64,000 nt of DNA from Macrostomum lignano. Taxonomy: Eukaryota. This document shows positions 10,201-22,800 of this stretch, in pieces; position 1 is the stretch's first letter, and each line of letters starts with the position of its first letter. The translations under genes were made by a program, and so were the position numbers. The stretch lies in contig NIVC01000571.1 in NCBI GenBank assembly GCA_002269645.1, forward strand, positions 434,001-498,000. Reading direction: 5' to 3'. The notes under the pieces are model-generated. The model was not told the origin of the DNA. It saw nothing but the letters and a program-made list of their open reading frames with translations, and did not search any database.

Positions 10201-13200
10201 GGGGAACTGCGTGGCGTTGAAGGCGTAACGCAGCTGCGGCGCCGTCCCGTTGGCGCCGTTGCGGGCGTCGGCCGGCGACGATGGGATTCGAGCGGAGGTC
10301 TCGAACTCGATTCGGTGCTGTCCGAGGCCCGGCCAGAAGTGCTCGGACGCTGGCCGGTCGCACAGGCGGCCAGCGACAGAGTCGTTTAGGCAGGCGCAGA
10401 CGCTGCCGACGCCGTCGGGCGCGGCGACGCAGTTCGGGCCGAGGGAGCCGGCGGTGTCGCAGCCGCAGGGCAGGCAGCCGAGCCAGCGGCCGGCCGCCAG
10501 GTCCCGGGAGCCGCTGGGGCAGCGGGAGCAGCCGGAGCCCACAGCCAGCGGCTTGCAGGTGCAGCTGACAGCGGGGGAGCGCGGGTGGACGGGGCGTTTG
10601 AGTGCAGCGGTGATTATTGCATCTGATTGGTGTCCGGGTGTGTGATTGGTGTCCGGGTGTGTCTGATTGGTGTCCGGGTGTTTCTGATGGGTGTCCGGGT
10701 GTTTCTGATGGGTGTCCGGGTGTGTCTGATCGTGTCCGGGTGTGTGATTGGTGTCCGGGTGTGTGATTGGTGTCCGGGTGCATCTGATTGGTGTCCGGGT
10801 GTGTGATTGGTGTCCGGGTGTGTCTGATTGGTGTCCAGATGTGTCTGATTGGTGTCCGGGTGTGTCTGATTGGTGTCCGGGTGTGTCTGATTGGTGTCCG
10901 GGTGTGTCTGATTGGTGTCCGGGTGTGTCTGATTGGTGTCCGGGTGTGTCTGATTGGTGTCCGGGTGTGTCTGATTGGTGTTCGGGTGCCTCACCGCCCA
11001 GTCTCCAAGTCGCAGTCGGCCAGCTCGCCGGCCACGCCCTCAGCCGTGCAGTTGCAGCTCTGGCAGCCCTCCGGATTGTCGCTGCTGAGGTCCCAGAAGC
11101 CGGGGCGGCAGCGCTGGCAGCGGGGGCCAACGGCGTTGGGCTTGCAGATGCAGGGTTTGGGCGAGTTCTGAATGCACAGGCCGTTGGGGAACTTCGGGAA
11201 CACCTTCGAGCCGCGGGTGTCGCAGGCGCAGGCTGAAGGGAAGCGGCGGCTGTCATGTGAGCTGCTGCTATAAACACAAAACCCCCATAGACACAGCAGT
11301 AAACAGGCGCAACCCCCTTAAAAACAGCAGTAAACAGCCTCAAGCCCCCATAAACACAGCAGTAAACAGGCGCAAGCCCCCATAAACACAGCAGTAAACA
11401 GCCGCATTCCCCATAAACACAGCAGTAAACAGCCGCATTCCCCATAAACACAGCAGTAAACAGCCGCACTCCCCATAAACACAGCAGTAAACTGCCGCAA
11501 ACTCCCATAAACACAGCAGTAAACAGCCGCACTCCCCATAAACACAGCAGTAAACAGCCGCACTCCCCATAAGCACAGCAGTAAACAGCCGCACTCCCCA
11601 TAAACACAGCAGTAAACAGCCGCACTCCCCATAAACACAGCAGTAAACAGCCGCACTCCCCATAAACACAGCAGTAAACAGCCGCACTCCCCATAAACAC
11701 AGCAGTAAACAGCCGCATTCCCCATAAACACAGCAGTAAACAGCCGCAAGCCCCCATAAACACAGCAGTAAACAGCCGCACTCACGCTCGCACAGCGGGA
11801 AGTTCCGGTAGCCGATCCGGCAGGAGTCGCAGTTGGCGCCGCGCACGCGGGCCCGGCAGCGACACTTGCCGGTCAGCGGGTCGCAGGCGCTCCCGGCTTC
11901 GCTGCCGGCGGCGCTGCACCGGCAGGGCTGGCACTCCACCGTGCCGTTGCCATGGTCACGCAGCAGCGTGAAGCCCGGGGTGCAGCGGGAGCAGTCCCGC
12001 CCGGCGTAGCCCTGGTGACAGAAGCAGCGGCCGTTGTCGGGGTCGCAGCCGGCGGTCCGGTCGGAGCCGGCCGGGTTGCAGCTGCAGCCGGTGCAGTTCG
12101 GGAAGCCCCAGCGGCCGTGCCCGCACTCGGAGCACTGCGGCCCGCCGAAGCTGGGCTCGCAGAAGCAGGCGCCGGTGGCGGCGCTGCACACCGAGGCGTT
12201 GGTACCATCCGGGTCGCAGTTGCACTCTGCGGGCGAGCGGCCCCGAAAGTTACTGAATCTCACCCGATATGTTTCTGAATCTTATCTGCCCTTTACCGAA
12301 TCTTATCTGCCCTTTACCGAATCTTATCTGCACTTTACCGAATCTTATCTGCCCTTTACCGAATCTTGTTTGCACTTTACCGAATCTTGTCTGCACTTTA
12401 CCGAATCTTGTCTGCACTTTACCGAATCTTATCTGCACTTTACCGAATCTTATCTGCACTTTACCGAATCTTGTTTGCACTTTACCGAATCTTATCTGCA
12501 CTTTACCGAATATTATCTGCACTTTACCGAATCTTGTCTGCACTTTACCGAATCTTATCTGCACTTTACCGAATCTTGTCTGCACTTTACCGAATCTTGT
12601 CTGCACTTTACCGAATCTTATCTGCACTTTACCGAATCTTATCTGCCCTTTACCGAATCTTGTCTGCACTTTACCGAATCTTATCTGCACTTTACCGAAT
12701 CTTGTCTGCACTTTACCGAATCTTGTCTGCACTTTACTGAATCTTACCTGCACTTTACCGAATCTTGTCTGCACTTTACTGAATTTTGTCTGCACTTTAC
12801 CGAATCTTATCTGCACTTTATTGAATTTACATGCACCGTCCTATCCCCCAGCCCCAGGCCGCACTCACTGAAGCAGCTGCCGCGGTACATGAAGAAGCCG
12901 GTGTCGCACTGGTCGCACAGCGGCCCCGTGTAGCCCGGCTTGCAGTCGCACGAGCCGCTGTCGGGGTCGCAGACTTCGCTTGTGGCTCCGTTGAGAGAGC
13001 AGTTGCACTCTGCAGCAGGTGCGCGTGTGACTCAGGGTGACTCAGTGACTCATTGTATGCTAGCCTGAGTGACTCATTGTGTGCTTGCCTGAGTGACTCA
13101 TTGTGTGCTTGCCTGAGTGACTCATTGTGTGCTTGCTTGAGTGTCTCATTGTGTGCTAGTCTGAGGCTCATTGTGTGCCTGCATGAGGGACTCATTGTGT

Positions 13201-16200
13201 GCTTGCCTAAGTAATTCATTGTATGCTAGCCTGAGTGACTCCTTGTGTCCTATTCTGAAGGGACTCATTATGTGCTTGCCTAAGTGACTCATTGTGTGCT
13301 TGCTTGAGTCACTCATTGTGTGCTTGCCTGAAGGACTCATTGAATGTGCTTGCCTGAGTGTTACTAGGAGTGGCGCATTGTGCACCATTCGGTGTGACTC
13401 ATTGTGTAATACTATGTACCAACTCTTATCAAGTTGCCAAAAAGCTCCAAATAAAAGTGCAGAGTGCGCCGGTGACTCACTCTGGCAGTCGGGAAAGCCG
13501 GTGAATCCGTCAGCGCAGGTGTCGCATTTGTCACCGCCGAACGTCGGCCTGCACGCGCAGCGGCCGTCAGCGGAGTCGCAGCGGCCGGCCACAGTGCCGA
13601 CCGGGTTGCAGTCGCAGGGTTCGCAGGCCGGCGGGTTCGTGTAGCCGGCGGCGCAGCTGGACGGGGGCGGGAAATCCCGGGGTTGTAAAATTGGCGGGGG
13701 CTTGCAGGGGACAGTTGAAGGGCAGATCAAAAGTACAGTTGAAAGGCAGATCAAAAGTACAGTTGAAGGGCAAATCAAAAGTACGGTTGAAGGGCAAATC
13801 AAAAGCACAGTTGAAATCTCACAGCTCGCAGTTAAGCCCGGTGAAGTTCTTCTTGCACAAGCACTCGCCGTAGCCATCCTTGCACTCGCCGCTGGAGATC
13901 TGCGTGCTGCAGTTGCACTCTGCGGGAGCAGGTTTTTCGGGAGGCACTTCATGAAAAGTTTGCCCCAGAGCCGCGAACCGAAAAACAGCAAAGCACAATT
14001 TGCGACGATGAGGCCTCACACAGGGTGTACAGCGGCCCTGACTTTCTTATCGTCAGGCATGTACATCTCTGTGCCTCAGGGATGGCCCTCATCTAACGGA
14101 ATCGAACTTGGCATTCGAGCTGCATTCCCAAAGGGGATCTCATTGTGCGGCCACTCACTGACGCAGGAGTCGGTGCGGTTCCACGCCCGGCCCCATGGGT
14201 GGAAGAAGCCCGGGATGCAGGAGCGGCAGTTCAGGCCGGTCGTGTTGTCGCTGCAGTTGGCGCAGACGCCGCCGCCCTCGTAGATGCCGTCGAGGTCCAT
14301 GGAGAGCCGCTTGCGGGCCACCTCCGGGTCGAAGGTGCAGGTCTGGCTGTGGCCGTGGCAGTTGCACTCTGCGGCGGATGTGGATTGGGGATTGGGGATT
14401 GTGTATTGTGGGTTGTGGATTGTTGATTGTGGTTTTTGGATTGCGGATTGTGTATTGTGGGTTGTGGATTGTGTATTGTGGTTTTTGGATTGTGGATTGT
14501 GGATTGTGAATTGTGGATTGCGGATTGTGGATTGTGTATTGCGGATTGTGGATTGTGGATTGCGGATTGTGGATTGTGGATTGTGGATTGTGTATTGCGG
14601 ATTGTGTATTGTGGATTGTGTATAGCGGATTGCGGATTGCGGATTGTGGATTGTGGATTTTGTATTGTGGATTGTTGATTGTGTATTGCGGATTGTGGAT
14701 TGCGGATTGTGGATTGTGGATTGTGTATTGCGGATTGTGGATTGTGTATTGCGGATTGTGAATTGTGTATTGCGGATTGTGGATTGTGTATTGCGGATTG
14801 TGAATTGTGTATTGCGGATTGTGGATTGTGTATTGCGGATTGTGGATTGTGTATTGCGGATTGTGGATTGTGTATTGCTGATTGTGGATTGTGTATTGCG
14901 GATTGTGGATTGTGTATTGCGGATTGTGGATTGTGTATTGCTGATTGTGGATTGTGTATTGCTGATTGTGGATTGTGTATTGCGGATTGTGGATTGTGGA
15001 TTTTGTATTGTGGATTGTTGATTGTGTATTGCGGATTGTGGATTGCGGATTGTGGATTGTGGATTGTGTATTGCGGATTGTGGATTGTGTATTGCGGATT
15101 GTGAATTGTGTATTGCGGATTGTGGATTGTGTATTGCGGATTGTGGATTGTGTATTGCGGATTGTGGATTGTGTATTGCGGATTGTGGATTGTGTATTGC
15201 TGATTGTGGATTGTGTATTGCGGATTGTGGATTGTGGATTGTGGATTGTGGATTGTGGATTGTGGATTGTGGATTGTGGATTGTGGATTGTGGATTGTGG
15301 ATTGTGGATTGTAGTATGTGGATTGTGGATTGTGGATTGTAGTTTGTGGATTGTTGATTGTAGATTGTGGATTGTTGATTGTAGATTGTGGATTGCGGAT
15401 TGTGGATTGTGGATTTTGGTTTGTGGATTGCTGATTGTGGATTGTGGATTGTGGATTGTGGATTGTGGATTGTGGGTTTGGGATTGTGGATGCTGGTTAA
15501 AAATCTTCAACCTCTTGATCTCCTAAATAATCCCACAGAAATCCCACAGAGATCCCACTCTCCGCTTACTTTCGCACGGCTTGCCGGCCTTCCACGGCTT
15601 CTGTGGGTGCGTGGCGGCGCAGCGGTCGCAGGTGTCGCCCTCGACGCCCTCGATGCAGCGGCACTTAAAGTCGTCGGCGAGGCTGTCCAGCTCACAGGAG
15701 CCCGCCAGGCCGTTGCAGTAGCAGTGGCCGCTGACCTTCAGCAGGCTGACGCTGTAAAAGTACTGCGGGGCGAGGCGGCGGGCGGATCTACAGGGCTAGA
15801 TTCTAGAAGCTAGAGTGAGAGGATCTAGGGACCGGAGCTATAAATCTAGAGACCGGAACGATAGATCTCGGGACCGGAGAGATAGATCCAGCGACCGGAT
15901 CTGGGGACCGGAACGATAGATCTAGGGACGGGAGCGATAGATCTAGGGACCGAAGCATGGGAGCTAGGGACTGGAGCATGGGAGCTAGGGACTGGAGCAT
16001 GGGATCTAGGGATTGGAGCATGGGATCTAGGGACCGGAGCATGGGATCTAGGGACGGGAGCATGGGATCTAGGGATTGGAGCATGGGATCTAGGATTTGG
16101 AGCATGGGATCTAGGGATTGGAGCATGGGATCTAGGATTTGGAGAATGGGATCTAGGGATTGGAGCATGGGATCTAGGGACCGGAGCATGGGATCTAGGG

Positions 16201-18005
16201 ACGGGAGCGATAGATCTAGGGACCGAAGCATGGGAGCTAGGGACTGGAGCATGGGAGCTAGGGACTGGAGCATGGGATCTAGGATTTGAAGCATGGGATC
16301 TAGGGATTGGAGCACGGGATCTAGGGATTGTAGCACGGATCTAGGGATTGGAGCACGGGATCTAGGGATTGGAGCACGGGATCTAGGGACTGGAGCATGG
16401 GATCTAAGGATTGGAGCACGGGATCTAGGGACCGGAGCATTGGATCTAGGGGCTGGAGCATGGGATCTAGGGATTGGAGCATGGGATCTAGGGAACGGAG
16501 CATGGGATCTAGGGAACGGAGCATGGGATCTAGGGAACGGAGCATGGTATCTAGGGATTGGAGCATAGGATCTAGGGATTGGAGCATGGGATCTAGGGAC
16601 CGGAGCATGGGATCTAGGGAACGGAGCATGGGATCTAGGGAACGGAGCATGGAATCTAGGGATTGGAGCATGGGATCTAGGGATTGGAGCATAGGATCTA
16701 GGGATTGGAGCATGGGATCTAGGGATTGGAGCATGGGATCTAGGGAACGGAGCATGGGATCTAGGGGCCAGGGGAATCGGCGGAACCCTCACCCGTTTCT
16801 TCTGGTTGTCGTCCTTTCTCTCGTTCAGCGGCGTCATGCTGGTGGAGAACTTGTACAGCCGGCGGAAGTTGATGCGCACCGATTTGACCCGCAGGAACTC
16901 CAGCAGCCGGTCTGAGGGCTGCTGCCCGCTTGGCCGGTCTTTGTTCAGCAGGATGTTGATCTGCCCGTGTTTTTTAGTCGCATGAACTTGGGTATATAAC
17001 GGGCTAATGCTCTACTTAAAGTAGGATAAAAGCATTTTCGTTTATGTATTGCACCGAAAATAGCTAAATTACACATTGAAATAGATTTTTTCTATTTTCA
17101 AGTGCATATTGTCATTGACTTTCTAAGAATCAGAAGTTAAATTTAGATTTCTATAAATACTTTCATATGTAACATTTTTTTATCTGTAATTTTGCTTTAT
17201 AAGAAATACTTAGTTGCATTTAGTGTATCGGAAAAAACATTTTGTTTATTATTTGATCTTAAATAATCACTTTTTCATTTGAAGTTGTTAGGATCAATTA
17301 TTTTAAACTTTCTTTCTTAGAATATATATTTTTACTTTTATTTCTATTTTTCTATGAAACACCCATTGTTTTTCTAAGAAAACCCCAGCACTGCGAACGC
17401 ACATCGGCCGAGTGGTCCTGGAAGCTCTCCAGCTTCTTGTACTTCTCCATGCAGATAACCTCGTCGTCAGCGTCCGCCCGCGTCTTCGGCTCCATGCGGA
17501 AGTCCCGGCGGCAGTCGGTGCTGAAGTACATCAGCGGCTGGTAGGTCTCGCCGTCAAGCGACTTCAGCACAACGAAGGCGGCCGGCCGGGGGCTCTCGCC
17601 GGTCTTCATCACGATGTTGTCGATCTGGTAGACCTTCTTGAAGGTGATGGTGAAGTTGACGTTCTCGAAGGCGTCGCCGCGGATGAGCGGCGGACTCATC
17701 CAGCTCAACGAGTCGCCCAGGTTCGAATTCTTCACGTGCGAGGCCGGGTGGGAGAACTTGTTGCACTTGCCGCACTGACTGCCGTCCTTCATCTCGATGC
17801 CAGACTCCGACTCGTGCTTGATGCCGCCGGTGATCTTGCAGAACTCCTCCGTGATGCTCTCGCCGTCAGGCCCGACCCCGCAGGTTGCCGAGGCCTCTAG
17901 GGTGGCCGCCTGCTCCAGGTTGTTCACCATGGGCTCCTGCAGCTTCAGCCCGGAGCAGCTCAGCAGCAGCAGCAGAGCCGCTGCCAACCGCCACTGTGTC
18001 TTCAT
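7253..18005 (-). CDS. LAMA5-like: Laminin alpha chain (LAMA3/5, LanA-like), multi-exon, 3' part outside the window
   Basis: Signal peptide and LN domain (ASATCG; [24 protein letters not shown]), a run of LE/EGF repeats, and a [16 protein letters not shown] insert domain. Approximate GT-AG exons: 17403-18005, 16793-16960, 15570-15762, 14159-14368, 13823-13919, 13481-13656, 12869-13009, 11786-12226, 10995-11232, 9715-10564, 8837-9142, 7559-~8105, ~7253-7387. Phases of the last exons are uncertain. Confidence 0.93.
8124..8825. repeat. Intronic composite minisatellite (GCACTGTCACACA units plus TAGTGCCATAGCCTCA)
   Basis: Tandem repetition is directly visible. Confidence 0.95.
9195..9640. repeat. 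Intronic 14-bp minisatellite (CTGAGGGCTACGGC)n
   Basis: About 31 copies. Confidence 0.95.
10620..10985. repeat. Intronic ~21-bp minisatellite (TGTGTCTGATTGGTGTCCGGG)n
   Basis: Tandem copies between laminin exons. Confidence 0.95.
11270..11783. repeat. Intronic 31-bp minisatellite (CCCCATAAACACAGCAGTAAACAGCCGCACT)n
   Basis: Tandem copies abutting the splice donor. Confidence 0.95.
12255..12830. repeat. Intronic 21-bp minisatellite (TTTACCGAATCTTATCTGCAC)n
   Basis: About 27 copies. Confidence 0.95.
13030..13420. repeat. Intronic degenerate ~24-bp minisatellite (CTGAGTGACTCATTGTGTGCTTGC)n
   Basis: Diverged tandem copies. Confidence 0.85.
14380..15490. repeat. Intronic (GGATTGT)n-based satellite with 14/21-bp higher-order units
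   Basis: Direct repetition over ~1.1 kb. Confidence 0.95.
15830..16765. repeat. Intronic 21-bp minisatellite (GGAGCATGGGATCTAGGGATT)n
   Basis: About 44 copies. Confidence 0.95.
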
Positions 18006-18869
18006 CTTGCGGCTGCTTCTGCGGAACTTCCGGCTGCGATTTTCAGGAGAGGAACAAAGAATGGGAGCTGCTGGAGGGTCCAGGCAGGGATCCGGGAGGT
18101 GGAGGCCCTAGTCGGGCTTTATGAAGCGCGCAACCGCCGATCGTCATGGGGGGGGGAAGGGAAGGGCAGAGACAGCAGAAGAAAGCGGCTGGGCCTGGAG
18201 GTGAACGCCTGTCAGTGGCTGGTCTGGGGGCCAAGGAGGTCTTGAACCGGAGTTTGGATTCACATTTGTAAGACCGCAACTTCCGGTTTGCACTCAGCAG
18301 ATTGGCAAGTTTTTAGCAATTTCTGCTCGAAGAATTCAGTTTTTGTAAACTCGATCTGATTTTAAAGCTGAGTGAGTTTGCTGCAGCAGTTTCACTTTTT
18401 TTCAACTGCTTTTTAAAGTCCAGTTAAGAATGATTTGCTTCAAAACTTCTGCATCCAGATTCTGATCCAAGGCTTCCTTGGTGGGGAGGAGGCGTAGGGG
18501 GGCGCCTGCCTGCTGAATCAGCAGCGCCTTTCGCATCCTGGAGGGGGGGCGAGGCTGCGGTCGATGGAGGTGCGCAGCGGGCGGTCCGGCATTCCGAGGG
18601 CCGAGGCCTGGCGGGGAAGAGGGGAGGCAGCCAGACTGGGGCAGGAATGAAGCAAAAGGATTTCGTTGCCGAACGCAGTTCCCAGTCATTTTAATTGTCC
18701 CCTCTGTTCCCAAAGATTCTAAAGTTCCGCAGCGCTGGGACGGCCGGGGCTGGCAGGCTGGGGCTGGCAGGCTGGGGCTGGCAGGCTGGGGCTGTGCCAG
18801 CTGCCCTGTGCGATGCCTGTATTGGGGAGCTGCGGCAGCCGCGGCATACCACTGCATCCGCATAGGCGT

Positions 18870-19435
18870 CTGTCACTCTCTGAGTCTCCCATGGTGTCAT
18901 ATGGGACGCCTGTCACTCTCTGAGTCTCCCATGGTGTCATATGGGACGCCTGTCACTCTCTGAGTGTCCCATGGTGTCATATGGGACGCCTGTCACTCTC
19001 TGAGTGTCCCATGGTGTCATATGGGACGCCTGTCACTCTCTGAGTCTCCCATGGTGTCATATGGGACGCCTGTCACTCTCTGAGTCTCCCATGGTGTCAT
19101 ATGGGACGCCTGTCACTCTCTGAGTCTCCCATGGTGTCATATGGGACGCCTGTCACTCTCTGAGTGTCCCATGGTGTCATATGGGACGCCTGTCACTCTC
19201 TGAGTGTCCCATGGTGTCATATGGGACGCCTGTCACTCTCTGAGTCTCCCATGGTGTCATCTGGGACGCCTGTCAAATCTCTATCTGAGTCTCCCATGGT
19301 GTCATCTGGGACGCCTGTCACTCTCTATCTGAGTCGCCCATGGTGTCATCTGGGACGCCTGTCACTCTCTATCTGAGTCTCCCATGGTGTCATCTGGGAC
19401 GCCTGTCACTCTCTGAGTCTCCCATGGTGGCATCT
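18870..19435. repeat. 40-bp minisatellite with an internal inverted repeat, between divergent genes
   Basis: (CTGTCACTCTCTGAGT[C/G]TCCCATGGTGTCATATGGGACGC)n, about 14 copies. Confidence 0.95.
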
Positions 19436-19814
19436 GAGGTAGACTAAGGGTTCAGAGAGTCAATATTTAATATATAATGTTCTTATTTTAGTGTGAAGGT
19501 GAGCACTGCATGCAGTCCAGTTGCCCAGTCAGTTCAGTTTCCAATCCAGAAATCTAGCTGTAGGCGTCCATGCGCGAGGCCGCTCTATTTATTTTCTCTC
19601 CTGCGCCTCTCCCCCTCCCGCTGAGCAGCAGCTGCGCCCGGGACCCGGCCAGCTGTGCGGCACAAGCCGGGCTTCCCAGCCCCCCCATTGGCCGCTGCCG
19701 CACAGCTGTGAGGCCGGGCGCCTCTCCGATAAAACCCGGCCGAGTGGGCAGCGAGGCCGGCCGGGCCTCCGCGAGATCTCCGGGTGAGCCGAGCAGCTGC
19801 GCCAAGCTCTGTGC

Positions 19815-22800
19815 GTGAGCAAAACAATTGACAAGCCGGCCAAGGCACAGCGAGTCCTCCGGGACCAGGCGGAGATCCCGCATGACGGCAACGATGGCGT
19901 CTGCAAGCTGACGAAACTGCGAAGGTTCCTCGCCACTCTGCTGCAGTTCGGCCAAGACATCGGCCCGCAGGTCGGGGATCGAGTCCAGGACCTTGTTAGG
20001 CAACTCCTGGTGAGAGATGGCGATTCTCACTGATCCCCACTGATCCCCATTCAAGTCACTGATCCCACTCAAGTCACTGATCCCCACTCACTGATCCCCA
20101 CTCACTGATCCCCACTCACTGATCCCCACTCACTGATCCCCACTCACTGATCCCCACTCACTGATCCCCACTCACTGATCCCCACTCACTGATCCCCACT
20201 CACTGATCCCCACCCGCAGACCCACAGTCTCACCTTGGAGCAGTTCCATTCGGAGCTGCAGGCCGCCACGAACTTCCCTCTGCGCCCATTCGTGATCCCA
20301 TTTCTGCGGTCCAGCCTCCCGCTGATGCAGGCGGAGGTGGCGCAGCTGTCGGCGGCCAACGGCCAGGCTCCCGGCGAGCTGCTGGCGGCGCGGAGACTGG
20401 CGGACTTCCTGCAGCGAACGCCGGCGGCGACGGGGGCGGCGGAGCCGGCGGGCAGCGGCAACCCGGCGCGGAAGCGGCGATGCAGCGGTGACTTCAAAGA
20501 AGGGTGAGTCTGCAAGGCAGCTAGAGATGCTCCGGCCGCTCCATCTACTGCCTGAGCTGACCTCACCGCAATGCACTTGCAGGGCCAGGATCAAGAGGCG
20601 GCTGTCCGATTCCGTTTCCGATTCCGTTGCTATGGGCAACGAGGCCTCGAGGGATTCGAATTCGAACTCGGCACCGGCATCGGTCAGGCTGTTCGGTGAG
20701 GCAGCGGGTGGGGAGGCATGGGTGGGGAGGCATGGGTGGGGAGGCATGGGTGGGGAGGCAGTGGGTGGGGAGGCAGTGGGTGGGGAGGCAGTGGGTGGGG
20801 AGGCATGGGTGGGGAGGCAGTGGGTGGAGAGGCAGCGGGTGGGGAGGCATGGGTGGGGAGGCAGTGAGTGAGGAGGCAGTGAGTGGGGAAGCACGGGTGG
20901 GGAGGCAGTGAGTGGGGAAGCACGGGTGGGGAGGCATAGGTGGGGAGGCATGGGTGGGGAGGCATGGGTGGGGAGGCAGTGAGTGAGGAGGCAGTCAGTG
21001 GGGAAGCACGGGTGAGGAGGCAGTGAGTGGGGAAGCACGGGTGGGGAGGCATAGGTGGGGAGGCATGGGTGGGGAGGCATGGGTGGGGAGGCATGGGTGG
21101 GGAGGCATGGGTGGGGAGGCATGGGTGGGGAGGCATAGGTGGGGAGGCATGGGTGGGGAGGCATGGGTGGGGAGGCAGTGAGTGAGGAGGCAGTCAGTGG
21201 GGAAGCACGGGTGAGGAGGCAGTGAGTGGGGAAGCACGGGTGGGGAGGCATAGGTGGGGAGGCATGGGTGGGGAGGCATGGGTGGGGAGGCATGGGTGGG
21301 GAGGCATGGGTGGGGAGGCATGGGTGGGGAGGCATAGGTGGGGAGGCATGGGTGGGGAGGCATGGGTGGGGAGGCATGGGTGGGGAGGCATAGGTGGGGA
21401 GGCATGGGTGGGGAGGCATGGGTGGGGAGGCATGGGTGGGGAGGCAGTGAGTGAGGAGGCAGTGAGTGGGGAAGCACGGGTGGGGAGGCATAGGTGGGGA
21501 GGCATGGGTGGGGAGGCATGGGTGGGGAGGCATGGGTGGGAGGCATGGGTGGGGAGGCATGGGTGGGGAGGCATGGGTGGGGAGGCATGGGTGGGGAGGC
21601 ATGGGTGGGGAGGCATGGGTGGGGAGGCATAGGTGGGGAGGCATGGGTGGGGAGGCATGGGTGGGGAGGCATAGGTGGGGAGGCATGGGTGGGGAGGCAT
21701 GGGTGGGGAGGCATAGGTGGGGAGGCATGGGTGGGGAGGCATGGGTGGGGAGGCATGGGTGGGGAGGCATGAGTGGGGAGGCAGTGAGTGGGGAGGCACG
21801 GGTGGGGAGGCATGGGTGGGGAGGCATGGGTGGGGAGAAAGTGAGCACAGATCCATATACATTGCTCGCATACTCCATATCCCGCACGCAGCCCAGCTGC
21901 CAGCCAGTGACGCTGACAACCGTCAGCCGCAGCTCCATCAGCTCCACCGCGACCACAGCCAGCATCCTCAGAGTGGCCAGCGGCCCGAGAGGCCGGGTGC
22001 AGGCGAGGCCGACGCCGCCGCCACAGAGGCCGATGGAGGCGCCGGCTTGGTTGCGGAGGCCGCCGGGGAGGGCCTTCAAACCGGCGATGAAGCGGCTGCG
22101 GAAGCGCTGCGGAGACTCGAAAGCGTGAGGCAACCGGGGGGAGGACAAATTGGAGATCAAGGGGGGACAAAGGGAGGTCAAAGAGAGAACAGTAGGAAGG
22201 GGGGGACAAATGGGAGGTCAAAGGGAGGACAAAGGGAGGGCATCAGAGCCGGGTGCGCAGAGACAGAAGCGCATAATACAGCAGCAGCAGCAGACGGCGG
22301 CAGCTGCTCCCCAATTGGCAGTCCCGGCAGATGGTGGCCAGCCGGAACCCTGGGAGGGGGGAGCCCAGCCTGTCCCCAGCAGCAGCGCCAGCAGCTCTCT
22401 CTCCCCAACTGCACACACGGCAGACCCTGGCAGCTGTGGCCAGCCTGGTGGCCGGGGCGCGGAGCTCCCTGGCTGAGCTGCAGAGAGTCTGCGAGCCTCA
22501 TCATCAGCCTCAGCAGCAGCAGCAGCAGGCGGCGCTGGCATCTGTGGGCGGCAGCCTGGCGGCCTCCGTGGCGGCGCTGATGCAGGGCAGTGCGGGGCGC
22601 TGGGGCATCGAAGGGTTGGAGAAAAATTTTGCGCGTCACCACCAGCAGCAGCAGCAGCCTCACATCCAGCAGGCCTCCGAGCAGCTCCAGACACTGGCTA
22701 GACCCCATCGGGGCTGGCCGCCAGTGCTGGACTGTCAGGCGTGGGGTGGAAGGTCCGTTGGCCACGGACACGAAAGCTGGAATTCCGGCCCCTCTGCTGG

